A stretch of DNA of 64,000 nucleotides from Eledone cirrhosa (Eukaryota). Of the stretch, positions 12,601-28,500 are shown in pieces. Under the pieces are notes generated by a model, which did not search any database, was not told the origin of the DNA, and saw only the letters and a program-made list of their open reading frames with translations. Position 1 is the stretch's first letter. Every line of letters starts with the position of its first letter. The translations under genes and the position numbers were made by a program. The stretch lies in contig OZ024743.1 of the NCBI GenBank assembly GCA_964016885.1, positions 186,062,001 through 186,126,000 of the forward strand, read 5' to 3'.

Positions 12601-15600
12601 TACTATCCTACAACAGTCTTATCCCACTACATTACTATTCTACTTAAGTCTTATCCCACTACATTACTATCCTACTTATGTCTTATCCCACTACATTACT
12701 ATTCTACTTAAGTCTTATCTCACTACATTACTATCCTACAACAGTCTTATCCCACTACATTACTATTCTACTTAAGTCTTATCCCACTACATTACTATTC
12801 TACTTAAGTCTTATCCCACTACATTACTATCCTACAACAGTCTTATCCCACTACATTACTATTCTACTTAAGTCTTATCCCACTACATTACTATCCTACT
12901 TATGTCTTATCCCACTACATTACTATTCTACTTAAGTCTTATCTCACTACATTACTATCCTACAACAGTCCTATCCCACTACATTACTATTCTGCTTAAG
13001 TCTTATCCCACTACATTACTATTCTACTTAAGTCTTATCCCACTACATTACTATCCTACAACAGTCTTATCCCACTACATTACTACTCTACTTAAGTCTT
13101 ATCCCACTACATTACTATTCTACTTAAGTCTTATCCCACTACTTTACTATCCTACTTAAGTCTTATCCCACTACATTACTATCCTACAACAGTCTTATCC
13201 CACTACATTACTATCCTACAACAGTCTTATCCCACTACATTACTATTCTACTTAAGTCTTATTCCACTACATTACTATCCTACTTAAGTCTTATCCCACT
13301 ACATTACTATCCTACTTAAGTCTTATCCCACTATATTACTATCCTACAACAGTCTTATCCCACTACATTACTATCCTACTTAAGTCTTATCCCACTACAT
13401 TACTATCCTACTTAAGTCTTATCCCACTACATTACTATCCTACAACAGTCTTATCCCACTACATTACTATCCTACAACAGTCTTATCCCACTACATTACT
13501 ATTCTACTTAAGTCTTATCCTACTACATTACTATCCTACTTAAGTCATATCCCACTACATTACTATCCTACTCAAGTCTTATCCCACTACATTACTATTC
13601 TACTTAAGTCTTATCCCACTACATTACTATCCTACTTAAGTCTTATCCCACTACATTACTATCCTACAACAGTCTTATCCCACTACATTACTATCCTACT
13701 TAAGTCTTATCCCACTACATTACTATCCTACAACAGTCTTATTCCACTACATTACTATCCTACTTAAGTCTTATCCTACTACATTACTATTCTACTTAAG
13801 TCTTATCCCACTACATTACTATCCTACAACAGTCTTATCCCACTACATTACTATCCTACTTAAGTCTTATCCCACTACATTACTATTTTACTTAAGTCTT
13901 ATCCCACTACATTACTATTCTACTTAAGTCTTATTACACTACATTACTATCCTACTTAAGTCTTATCCCACTACATTACTATTCTACTTAAGTCTTATCC
14001 CACTACATTACTATTCTACTTAAGTCTTATTCCACTACATGACTATCCTACTTAAGTCTTATCCCACTACATTACTATTCTACTTAAGTCTTATCCCACT
14101 ACATTACTATCCTACAACAGTCTTATCCCACTACATTACTATCCTACAACAGTCTTATCCCACTACATTACTATCCTACAACAGTCTTATCCCACTACAT
14201 TACTATCCTACCACAGTCTTATCCCACTACATTACTATTCTACAACAGTCTTATCCCACTACATTACTATCCTACAACAGTCTTATTCCACTACATTACT
14301 ATTCTACTTAAGTCTTATCCCACTACATTACTATCCTACAACAGTCTTATCCCACTACATTACTATCCTACAACAGTCTTATCCCACTACATTACTATCC
14401 TACAACAGTCTTATCCCACTACGTTACTATCCTACAACAGTCTTATCCCACTACATTACTATCCTACTTAAGTCTTATTCCACTACATTACTATCCTAGA
14501 ACAGTCTTATTCCACTACATTACTATCCTACAACAGTCTTATCCCACTACATTACTATCCTACAACAGTCTTATCCCACTACGTTACTATCCTACAACAG
14601 TCTTATCCCACTACATTACTATCCTACTTAAGTCTTATCCCACTACATTACTATCCTACTTAAGTCTTATTCCTCTACATTACTATCCTACAACAGTCTT
14701 ATCCCACTACCTTACTATCCTACAATAGTCTTATCCCACTACATTACTATCCTACAACAGTCTTATCCCACTACATTACTATCCTACAATAGTCTTATCC
14801 CACTACATTACTATCCTACAACAGTCTTATCCCACTACATTACTATCCTACAACAGTCTTATCCCACTACATTACTATTCTACTTAAGTCTTTACCCACT
14901 ACATTACTATCCTACAACAGTCTTATTCCACTACATTACTATCCTACAATAGTCTTATCCCACTACATTACTATTCTACTTAAGTCTTATTCCACTACAT
15001 TACTATTCTACTTAAGTCTTATCTCACTACATTACTATTCTACTTAAGTCTTATCCCACTACATTACTATCCTACAACAGTCTTATCCCACTACCTTACT
15101 ATCCTACAATAGTCTTATCCCACTACATTACTATCCTACAACAGTCTTATCCCACTACATTACTATCCTACAACAGTCTTATCCCACTACATTACTATTC
15201 TACTTAAATCTTTACCCACTACATTACTATCCTACAACAGTCTTATCCCACTACATTACTATCCTACAACAGTCTTATCCCACTACATTACTATCCTACA
15301 ACAGTCTTATCCCACTACATTACTATTCTACTTAAGTCTTTACCCACTACATTACTATCCTACAACAGTCTTATTCCACTACATTACTATCCTACAATAG
15401 TCTTATCCCACTACATTACTATTCTACTTAAGTCTTATTCCACTACATTACTATTCTACTTAAGTCTTATCTCACTACATTACTATTCTACTTAAGTCTT
15501 ATCCCACTACATTACTATCCTACAACAGTCTTATCCCACTACCTTACTATCCTACAATAGTCTTATCCCACTACATTACTATCCTACAACAGTCTTATCC

Positions 15601-18600
15601 CACTACATTACTATCCTACAACAGTCTTATCCCACTACATTACTATTCTACTTAAGTCTTTACCCACTACATTACTATCCTACAACAGTCTTATCCCACT
15701 ACATTACTATCCTACAACAGTCTTATCCCACTACATTACTATCCTACAACAGTCTTATCCCACTACATTACTATTCTACAACAGTCTTATCCCACTACAT
15801 TACTATCCTACAACAGTCTTATTCCACTACATTACTATTCTACTTAAGTCTTATCCCACTACATTACTATCCTACAACAGTCTTATCCCACTACATTACT
15901 ATCCTACAACAGTCTTATCCCACTACATTACTATCCTACAACTGTCTTATCCCACTACATTACTATCCTACAACAGTCTTATCCCACTACATTACTATCC
16001 TACTTAAGTCTTATTCCACTACATTACTATCCTAGAACAGTCTTATTCCACTACATTACTATCCTAGAACAGTCTTATTCCACTACATTACTATCCTACA
16101 ACAGTCTTATCCCACTACATTACTATCCTACTTAAGTCTTATTCCTCTATATTACTATCCTACAACAGTCTTATTCCACTACATTACTATCCTACAATAG
16201 TCTTATCCCACTACATTACTATTCTACTTAAGTCTTATTCCACTACATTACTATTCTACTTAAGTCTTATCCCACTACATTACTATCCTACAACAGTCTT
16301 ATCCCACTACATTACTATTCTACTTAAGTCTTATCCCACTACATTACTATCCTACTTATGTCTTATCCCACTACATTACTATTCTACTTAAGTCTTATCT
16401 CACTACATTACTATCCTACAACAGTCCTATCCCACTACATTACTATTCTGCTTAAGTCTTATCCCACTACATTACTATTCTACTTAAGTCTTATCCCACT
16501 ACATTACTATCCTACAACAGTCTTATCCCACTACATTACTATTCTACTTAAGTCTTATCCCACTACATTACTATTCTACTTAAGTCTTATCCCACTACTT
16601 TACTATCCTACTTAAGTCTTATCCCACTACATTACTATCCTACAACAGTCTTATCCCACTACATTACTATCCTACAACAGTCTTATCCCACTACATTACT
16701 ATTCTACTTAAGTCTTATTCCACTACATTACTATCCTACTTAAGTCTTATCCCACTACATTACTATCCTACTTAAGTCTTATCCCACTATATTACTATCC
16801 TACAACAGTCTTATCCCACTACATTACTATCCTACTTAAGTCTTATCCCACTACATTACTATCCTACTTAAGTCTTATCCCACTACATTACTATCCTACA
16901 ACAGTCTTATCCCACTACATTACTATCCTACAACAGTCTTATCCCACTACATTACTATTCTACTTAAGTCTTATCCTACTACATTACTATCCTACTTAAG
17001 TCATATCCCACTACATTACTATCCTACTCAAGTCTTATCCCACTACATTACTATTCTACTTAAGTCTTATCCCACTACATTACTATCCTACTTAAGTCTT
17101 ATCCCACTACATTACTATCCTACAACAGTCTTATCCCACTACATTACTATCCTACTTAAGTCTTATCCCACTACATTACTATCCTACAACAGTCTTATTC
17201 CACTACATTACTATCCTACTTAAGTCTTATCCTACTACATTACTATTCTACTTAAGTCTTATCCCACTACATTACTATCCTACAACAGTCTTATCCCACT
17301 ACATTACTATCCTACTTAAGTCTTATCCCACTACATTACTATTTTACTTAAGTCTTATCCCACTACATTACTATTCTACTTAAGTCTTATTACACTACAT
17401 TACTATCCTACTTAAGTCTTATCCCACTACATTACTATTCTACTTAAGTCTTATCCCACTACATTACTATTCTACTTAAGTCTTATTCCACTACATGACT
17501 ATCCTACTTAAGTCTTATCCCACTACATTACTATTCTACTCAAGTCTTATCCCACTACATTACTATCCTACAACAGTCTTATCCCACTACATTACTATTT
17601 TACTTAAGTCTTATCCCACTACATTACTATTCTTCTTAAGTCTTATCCCACTACATTACTATCCTACAACAGTCTTATCCCACTACATTACCATTCTACT
17701 TAAGTCTTATCCCACTACATTACTATCCTACTTAAGTCTTATACCACTACATTACTATCCTACAACAGTCTTATCCCACTACATTACTATCCTACAACAG
17801 TCTTATCCCACTACATTACTATCCTACAACAGTCTTATCCCACTACATTACTATTCTACTTAAGTCTTATTCCACTACATTACTATCCTACAACAGTCTT
17901 ATCCCACTACATTACTATCCTACAACAGTATTATCCCACTACATTACTATCCTACAACAGTCTTATCCCAATACATTACTATTCTACAACAGTCTTATTC
18001 CACTACATTACTATTCTACTTAAGTCTTATCCCACTACATTACTATCCTACAACAGTCTTATCCCACTACATTACTATCCTACAACAGTCTTATCCCACT
18101 ACATTACTATCCTACAACAGTCTTATCCCACTACATTACCATTCTACTTAAGTCTTATCCCACTACATTACTATCCTACTTAAGTCTTATACCACTACAT
18201 TACTATCCTACAACAGTCTTATCCCACTACATTACTATCCTACAACAGTCTTATCCCACTACATTACTATTCTACTTAAGTCTTATTCCACTACATTACT
18301 ATCCTACAACAGTCTTATCCCACTACATTACTATCCTACAACAGTCTTATCCCACTACATTACTATCCTACAACAGTCTTATCCCACTACATTACTATTC
18401 TACAACAGTCTTATTCCACTACATTACTATTCTACTTAAGTCTTATTCCACTACATTACTATCCTACAACAGTCTTATCCCACTACATTACTATCCTACA
18501 ACAGTCTTATCCCACTACATTACTATCCTACAACAGTCTTATCCCACTACATTACTATTCTACTTAAGTCTTATCCCACTACATTACTATTCTACTTAAG

Positions 18601-20104
18601 TCTTATCCCACTACATTACTATCCCACTACCTAACTATTCTACTTAAGTCTTATCCCACTACATTACTATCCTACAACAGTCTTATCCCACCACATTACT
18701 ATTCTACTTAAGTCTTATCCCACTACATTACTATTCTACTTAAGTCTTATCCCACTACATTACTATCCTACAACAGTCTTATCCCACCACATTACTATTC
18801 TACTTAAGTCTTATCCCACTACATTACTATTCTACTTAAGTCTTATCCCACTACATTACTATCCCACTACATTACTATTCTACTTAAGTCTTATCCCACT
18901 ACTTTACTATTCTACTTAAGTCTTATCCCACTACATTACTATCCTACAACAGTCTTATCCCACTACATTACTATTCTACTTAAGTCTTATTCCACTACAT
19001 TACTATTCTACTTAAGTCTTATCCCACTACATTACTATCCTACTTAAGTCTTATCCCACTACATTACTATCCTACAACAGTCTTATCCCACTACATTACT
19101 ATCCTACAACAGTCTTATCCCACTACATTACTATTCTACTTAAGTCTTATTCCACTACATTACTATTCTACTTAAGTCTTATCCCACTACATTACTATCC
19201 TACTTAAGTCTTATCCCACTACATTACTATTCTACTTAAGTCTTATCCCACTACATTACTATCCTACTTAAGTCTTATCCCACTACATTACTATTCTACT
19301 TAAGTCTTATCCCACTACATTACTATCCTACAACAGTCTTATCCCACTACATTACTATTCTACTTAAGTCTTATCCCACTACATTAATGTCCTACAACAG
19401 TCTTATCCCACTGCATTACTATTCTACAACAGTCTTATCCCACTACATTACTATCCTACAACAGTCTTATCCCACTACATTACTATCCTACTTAAGTCTT
19501 ATCCCACTACATTACTATCCTACAACAGTCTTATCCCACTACATTACTATTCTACTTAAGTCTTATCCCACTACATTACTATCCTACAACAGTCTTATCC
19601 CACTACATTACTATTCTACAACAGTCTTATCCCACTACATTACTATCCTACAACAGTCTTATCCCACTACATTACTATCCTACAACAGTCTTATCCCACT
19701 ACATTACTATCCTACCACAGTCTTATCCCACTACATTACTATTCTACAACAGTCTTATCCCACTACATTACTATCCTACAACAGTCTTATTCCACTACAT
19801 TACTATTCTACTTAAGTCTTATCCCACTACATTACTATTCTACAACAGTCTTATCCCACTACATTACTATTCTACAACAGTCTTATCCCACTACATTACT
19901 ATCCTACAACAGTCTTATCCCACTACATTACTATCCTACAACAGTCTTATCCCACTACATTACTATCCTACCACAGTCTTATCCCACTACATTACTATTC
20001 TACAACAGTCTTATTCCACTACATTACTATCCTACAACAGTCTTATCCCACTACATTACTATCCTACAACAGTCTTATCCCACTACATTACTATCCTACA
20101 ACAG

Positions 20105-22280
20105 TCTTATCCCACTACATTACTATCCTACTTAAGTCTTATTCCACTACATTACTATCCTAGAACAGTCTTATTCCACTACATTACTATCCTACTTAAG
20201 TCTTATCCCACTACATTACTATCCTACTTAAGTCTTATTCCTCTATATTACTATCCTACAACAGTCTTATTCCACTACATTACTATCCTACAATAGTCTT
20301 ATCCCACTACATTACTATTCTACTTAAGTCTTATTCCACTACATTACTATTCTACTTAAGTCTTATCCCACTACATTACTATCCTACAACAGTCTTATCC
20401 CACTACATTACTATTCTACTTAAGTCTTATCCCACTACATTACTATCCTACTTATGTCTTATCCCACTACATTACTATTCTACTTAAGTCTTATCTCACT
20501 ACATTACTATCCTACAACAGTCTTATCCCACTACATTACTATTCTACTTAAGTCTTATCCCACTACATTACTATTCTACTTAAGTCTTATCCCACTACAT
20601 TACTATCCTACAACAGTCTTATCCCACTACATTACTATTCTACTTAAGTCTTATCCCACTACATTACTATCCTACTTATGTCTTATCCCACTACATTACT
20701 ATTCTACTTAAGTCTTATCTCACTACATTACTATCCTACAACAGTCCTATCCCACTACATTACTATTCTGCTTAAGTCTTATCCCACTACATTACTATTC
20801 TACTTAAGTCTTATCCCACTACATTACTATCCTACAACAGTCTTATCCCACTACATTACTACTCTACTTAAGTCTTATCCCACTACATTACTATTCTACT
20901 TAAGTCTTATCCCACTACTTTACTATCCTACTTAAGTCTTATCCCACTACATTACTATCCTACAACAGTCTTATCCCACTACATTACTATCCTACAACAG
21001 TCTTATCCCACTACATTACTATTCTACTTAAGTCTTATTCCACTACATTACTATCCTACTTAAGTCTTATCCCACTACATTACTATCCTACTTAAGTCTT
21101 ATCCCACTATATTACTATCCTACAACAGTCTTATCCCACTACATTACTATCCTACTTAAGTCTTATCCCACTACATTACTATCCTACTTAAGTCTTATCC
21201 CACTACATTACTATCCTACTTAAGTCTTATTCCACTACATTACTATCCTAGAACAGTCTTATTCCACTACATTACTATCCTACTTAAGTCTTATCCCACT
21301 ACATTACTATCCTACTTAAGTCTTATTCCTCTATATTACTATCCTACAACAGTCTTATTCCACTACATTACTATCCTACAATAGTCTTATCCCACTACAT
21401 TACTATTCTACTTAAGTCTTATTCCACTACATTACTATTCTACTTAAGTCTTATCCCACTACATTACTATCCTACAACAGTCTTATCCCACTACATTACT
21501 ATTCTACTTAAGTCTTATCCCACTACATTACTATCCTACTTATGTCTTATCCCACTACATTACTATTCTACTTAAGTCTTATCTCACTACATTACTATCC
21601 TACAACAGTCTTATCCCACTACATTACTATTCTACTTAAGTCTTATCCCACTACATTACTATTCTACTTAAGTCTTATCCCACTACATTACTATCCTACA
21701 ACAGTCTTATCCCACTACATTACTATTCTACTTAAGTCTTATCCCACTACATTACTATCCTACTTATGTCTTATCCCACTACATTACTATTCTACTTAAG
21801 TCTTATCTCACTACATTACTATCCTACAACAGTCCTATCCCACTACATTACTATTCTGCTTAAGTCTTATCCCACTACATTACTATTCTACTTAAGTCTT
21901 ATCCCACTACATTACTATCCTACAACAGTCTTATCCCACTACATTACTACTCTACTTAAGTCTTATCCCACTACATTACTATTCTACTTAAGTCTTATCC
22001 CACTACTTTACTATCCTACTTAAGTCTTATCCCACTACATTACTATCCTACAACAGTCTTATCCCACTACATTACTATCCTACAACAGTCTTATCCCACT
22101 ACATTACTATTCTACTTAAGTCTTATTCCACTACATTACTATCCTACTTAAGTCTTATCCCACTACATTACTATCCTACTTAAGTCTTATCCCACTATAT
22201 TACTATCCTACAACAGTCTTATCCCACTACATTACTATCCTACTTAAGTCTTATCCCACTACATTACTATCCTACTTAAG
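20105..22280 (+). repeat. 1,088-bp (34-monomer) tandem duplication
   Basis: G of 'tagaac' at 20163/21251; ORF-start markers 20454/21542 and 20678/21766, all at offset 1,088. Confidence 0.93.
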
Positions 22281-22509
22281 TCTTATCCCACTACATTACT
22301 ATCCTACAACAGTCTTATCCCACTACATTACTATCCTACAACAGTCTTATCCCACTACATTACTATTCTACTTAAGTCTTATCCTACTACATTACTATCC
22401 TACTTAAGTCATATCCCACTACATTACTATCCTACTCAAGTCTTATCCCACTACATTACTATTCTACTTAAGTCTTATCCCACTACATTACTATCCTACT
22501 TAAGTCTTA

Positions 22510-25500
22510 TCCCACTACATTACTATCCTACAACAGTCTTATCCCACTACATTACTATCCTACTTAAGTCTTATCCCACTACATTACTATCCTACAACAG
22601 TCTTATTCCACTACATTACTATCCTACTTAAGTCTTATCCTACTACATTACTATTCTACTTAAGTCTTATCCCACTACATTACTATCCTACAACAGTCTT
22701 ATCCCACTACATTACTATCCTACTTAAGTCTTATCCCACTACATTACTATTTTACTTAAGTCTTATCCCACTACATTACTATTCTACTTAAGTCTTATTA
22801 CACTACATTACTATCCTACTTAAGTCTTATCCCACTACATTACTATTCTACTTAAGTCTTATCCCACTACATTACTATTCTACTTAAGTCTTATTCCACT
22901 ACATGACTATCCTACTTAAGTCTTATCCCACTACATTACTATTCTACTTAAGTCTTATCCCACTACATTACTATCCTACAACAGTCTTATCCCACTACAT
23001 TACTATCCTACAACAGTCTTATCCCACTACATTACTATCCTACAACAGTCTTATCCCACTACATTACTATCCTACCACAGTCTTATCCCACTACATTACT
23101 ATTCTACAACAGTCTTATCCCACTACATTACTATCCTACAACAGTCTTATTCCACTACATTACTATTCTACTTAAGTCTTATCCCACTACATTACTATCC
23201 TACAACAGTCTTATCCCACTACATTACTATCCTACAACAGTCTTATCCCACTACATTACTATCCTACAACAGTCTTATCCCACTACGTTACTATCCTACA
23301 ACAGTCTTATCCCACTACATTACTATCCTACTTAAGTCTTATTCCACTACATTACTATCCTAGAACAGTCTTATTCCACTACATTACTATCCTACAACAG
23401 TCTTATCCCACTACATTACTATCCTACAACAGTCTTATCCCACTACGTTACTATCCTACAACAGTCTTATCCCACTACATTACTATCCTACTTAAGTCTT
23501 ATCCCACTACATTACTATCCTACTTAAGTCTTATTCCTCTACATTACTATCCTACAACAGTCTTATCCCACTACCTTACTATCCTACAATAGTCTTATCC
23601 CACTACATTACTATCCTACAACAGTCTTATCCCACTACATTACTATCCTACAATAGTCTTATCCCACTACATTACTATCCTACAACAGTCTTATCCCACT
23701 ACATTACTATCCTACAACAGTCTTATCCCACTACATTACTATTCTACTTAAGTCTTTACCCACTACATTACTATCCTACAACAGTCTTATTCCACTACAT
23801 TACTATCCTACAATAGTCTTATCCCACTACATTACTATTCTACTTAAGTCTTATTCCACTACATTACTATTCTACTTAAGTCTTATCTCACTACATTACT
23901 ATTCTACTTAAGTCTTATCCCACTACATTACTATCCTACAACAGTCTTATCCCACTACCTTACTATCCTACAATAGTCTTATCCCACTACATTACTATCC
24001 TACAACAGTCTTATCCCACTACATTACTATCCTACAACAGTCTTATCCCACTACATTACTATTCTACTTAAGTCTTTACCCACTACATTACTATCCTACA
24101 ACAGTCTTATCCCACTACATTACTATCCTACAACAGTCTTATCCCACTACATTACTATCCTACAACAGTCTTATCCCACTACATTACTATTCTACTTAAG
24201 TCTTTACCCACTACATTACTATCCTACAACAGTCTTATTCCACTACATTACTATCCTACAATAGTCTTATCCCACTACATTACTATTCTACTTAAGTCTT
24301 ATTCCACTACATTACTATTCTACTTAAGTCTTATCTCACTACATTACTATTCTACTTAAGTCTTATCCCACTACATTACTATCCTACAACAGTCTTATCC
24401 CACTACCTTACTATCCTACAATAGTCTTATCCCACTACATTACTATCCTACAACAGTCTTATCCCACTACATTACTATCCTACAACAGTCTTATCCCACT
24501 ACATTACTATTCTACTTAAGTCTTTACCCACTACATTACTATCCTACAACAGTCTTATCCCACTACATTACTATCCTACAACAGTCTTATCCCACTACAT
24601 TACTATCCTACAACAGTCTTATCCCACTACATTACTATTCTACAACAGTCTTATCCCACTACATTACTATCCTACAACAGTCTTATTCCACTACATTACT
24701 ATTCTACTTAAGTCTTATCCCACTACATTACTATCCTACAACAGTCTTATCCCACTACATTACTATCCTACAACAGTCTTATCCCACTACATTACTATCC
24801 TACAACTGTCTTATCCCACTACATTACTATCCTACAACAGTCTTATCCCACTACATTACTATCCTACTTAAGTCTTATTCCACTACATTACTATCCTAGA
24901 ACAGTCTTATTCCACTACATTACTATCCTAGAACAGTCTTATTCCACTACATTACTATCCTACAACAGTCTTATCCCACTACATTACTATCCTACTTAAG
25001 TCTTATTCCTCTATATTACTATCCTACAACAGTCTTATTCCACTACATTACTATCCTACAATAGTCTTATCCCACTACATTACTATTCTACTTAAGTCTT
25101 ATTCCACTACATTACTATTCTACTTAAGTCTTATCCCACTACATTACTATCCTACAACAGTCTTATCCCACTACATTACTATTCTACTTAAGTCTTATCC
25201 CACTACATTACTATCCTACTTATGTCTTATCCCACTACATTACTATTCTACTTAAGTCTTATCTCACTACATTACTATCCTACAACAGTCCTATCCCACT
25301 ACATTACTATTCTGCTTAAGTCTTATCCCACTACATTACTATTCTACTTAAGTCTTATCCCACTACATTACTATCCTACAACAGTCTTATCCCACTACAT
25401 TACTATTCTACTTAAGTCTTATCCCACTACATTACTATTCTACTTAAGTCTTATCCCACTACTTTACTATCCTACTTAAGTCTTATCCCACTACATTTCT

Positions 25501-28500
25501 ATCCTACAACAGTCTTATCCCACTACATTACTATCCTACAACAGTCTTATCCCACTACATTACTATTCTACTTAAGTCTTATTCCACTACATTACTATCC
25601 TACTTAAGTCTTATCCCACTACATTACTATCCTACTTAAGTCTTATCCCACTATATTACTATCCTACAACAGTCTTATCCCACTACATTACTATCCTACT
25701 TAAGTCTTATCCCACTACATTACTATCCTACTTAAGTCTTATCCCACTACATTACTATCCTACAACAGTCTTATCCCACTACATTACTATCCTACAACAG
25801 TCTTATCCCACTACATTACTATTCTACTTAAGTCTTATCCTACTACATTACTATCCTACTTAAGTCATATCCCACTACATTACTATCCTACTCAAGTCTT
25901 ATCCCACTACATTACTATTCTACTTAAGTCTTATCCCACTACATTACTATCCTACTTAAGTCTTATCCCACTACATTACTATCCTACAACAGTCTTATCC
26001 CACTACATTACTATCCTACTTAAGTCTTATCCCACTACATTACTATCCTACAACAGTCTTATTCCACTACATTACTATCCTACTTAAGTCTTATCCTACT
26101 ACATTACTATTCTACTTAAGTCTTATCCCACTACATTACTATCCTACAACAGTCTTATCCCACTACATTACTATCCTACTTAAGTCTTATCCCACTACAT
26201 TACTATTTTACTTAAGTCTTATCCCACTACATTACTATTCTACTTAAGTCTTATTACACTACATTACTATCCTACTTAAGTCTTATCCCACTACATTACT
26301 ATTCTACTTAAGTCTTATCCCACTACATTACTATTCTACTTAAGTCTTATTCCACTACATGACTATCCTACTTAAGTCTTATCCCACTACATTACTATTC
26401 TACTTAAGTCTTATCCCACTACATTACTATCCTACAACAGTCTTATCCCACTACATTACTATTTTACTTAAGTCTTATCCCACTACATTACTATTCTTCT
26501 TAAGTCTTATCCCACTACATTACTATCCTACAACAGTCTTATCCCACTACATTACCATTCTACTTAAGTCTTATCCCACTACATTACTATCCTACTTAAG
26601 TCTTATACCACTACATTACTATCCTACAACAGTCTTATCCCACTACATTACTATCCTACAACAGTCTTATCCCACTACATTACTATCCTACAACAGTCTT
26701 ATCCCACTACATTACTATTCTACTTAAGTCTTATTCCACTACATTACTATCCTACAACAGTCTTATCCCACTACATTACTATCCTACAACAGTATTATCC
26801 CACTACATTACTATCCTACAACAGTCTTATCCCACTACATTACTATTCTACAACAGTCTTATTCCACTACATTACTATTCTACTTAAGTCTTATCCCACT
26901 ACATTACTATCCTACAACAGTCTTATCCCACTACATTACTATCCTACAACAGTCTTATCCCACTACATTACTATCCTACAACAGTCTTATCCCACTACAT
27001 TACCATTCTACTTAAGTCTTATCCCACTACATTACTATCCTACTTAAGTCTTATACCACTACATTACTATCCTACAACAGTCTTATCCCACTACATTACT
27101 ATCCTACAACAGTCTTATCCCACTACATTACTATTCTACTTAAGTCTTATTCCACTACATTACTATCCTACAACAGTCTTATCCCACTACATTACTATCC
27201 TACAACAGTCTTATCCCACTACATTACTATCCTACAACAGTCTTATCCCACTACATTACTATTCTACAACAGTCTTATTCCACTACATTACTATTCTACT
27301 TAAGTCTTATTCCACTACATTACTATCCTACAACAGTCTTATCCCACTACATTACTATCCTACAACAGTCTTATCCCACTACATTACTATCCTACAACAG
27401 TCTTATCCCACTACATTACTATTCTACTTAAGTCTTATCCCACTACATTACTATTCTACTTAAGTCTTATCCCACTACATTACTATCCCACTACCTAACT
27501 ATTCTACTTAAGTCTTATCCCACTACATTACTATCCTACAACAGTCTTATCCCACCACATTACTATTCTACTTAAGTCTTATCCCACTACATTACTATTC
27601 TACTTAAGTCTTATCCCACTACATTACTATCCTACAACAGTCTTATCCCACCACATTACTATTCTACTTAAGTCTTATCCCACTACATTACTATTCTACT
27701 TAAGTCTTATCCCACTACATTACTATCCCACTACATTACTATTCTACTTAAGTCTTATCCCACTACTTTACTATTCTACTTAAGTCTTATCCCACTACAT
27801 TACTATCCTACAACAGTCTTATCCCACTACATTACTATTCTACTTAAGTCTTATTCCACTACATTACTATTCTACTTAAGTCTTATCCCACTACATTACT
27901 ATCCTACTTAAGTCTTATCCCACTACATTACTATCCTACAACAGTCTTATCCCACTACATTACTATCCTACAACAGTCTTATCCCACTACATTACTATTC
28001 TACTTAAGTCTTATTCCACTACATTACTATTCTACTTAAGTCTTATCCCACTACATTACTATCCTACTTAAGTCTTATCCCACTACATTACTATTCTACT
28101 TAAGTCTTATCCCACTACATTACTATCCTACTTAAGTCTTATCCCACTACATTACTATTCTACTTAAGTCTTATCCCACTACATTACTATCCTACAACAG
28201 TCTTATCCCACTACATTACTATTCTACTTAAGTCTTATCCCACTACATTAATGTCCTACAACAGTCTTATCCCACTGCATTACTATTCTACAACAGTCTT
28301 ATCCCACTACATTACTATCCTACAACAGTCTTATCCCACTACATTACTATCCTACTTAAGTCTTATCCCACTACATTACTATCCTACAACAGTCTTATCC
28401 CACTACATTACTATTCTACTTAAGTCTTATCCCACTACATTACTATCCTACAACAGTCTTATCCCACTACATTACTATTCTACAACAGTCTTATCCCACT

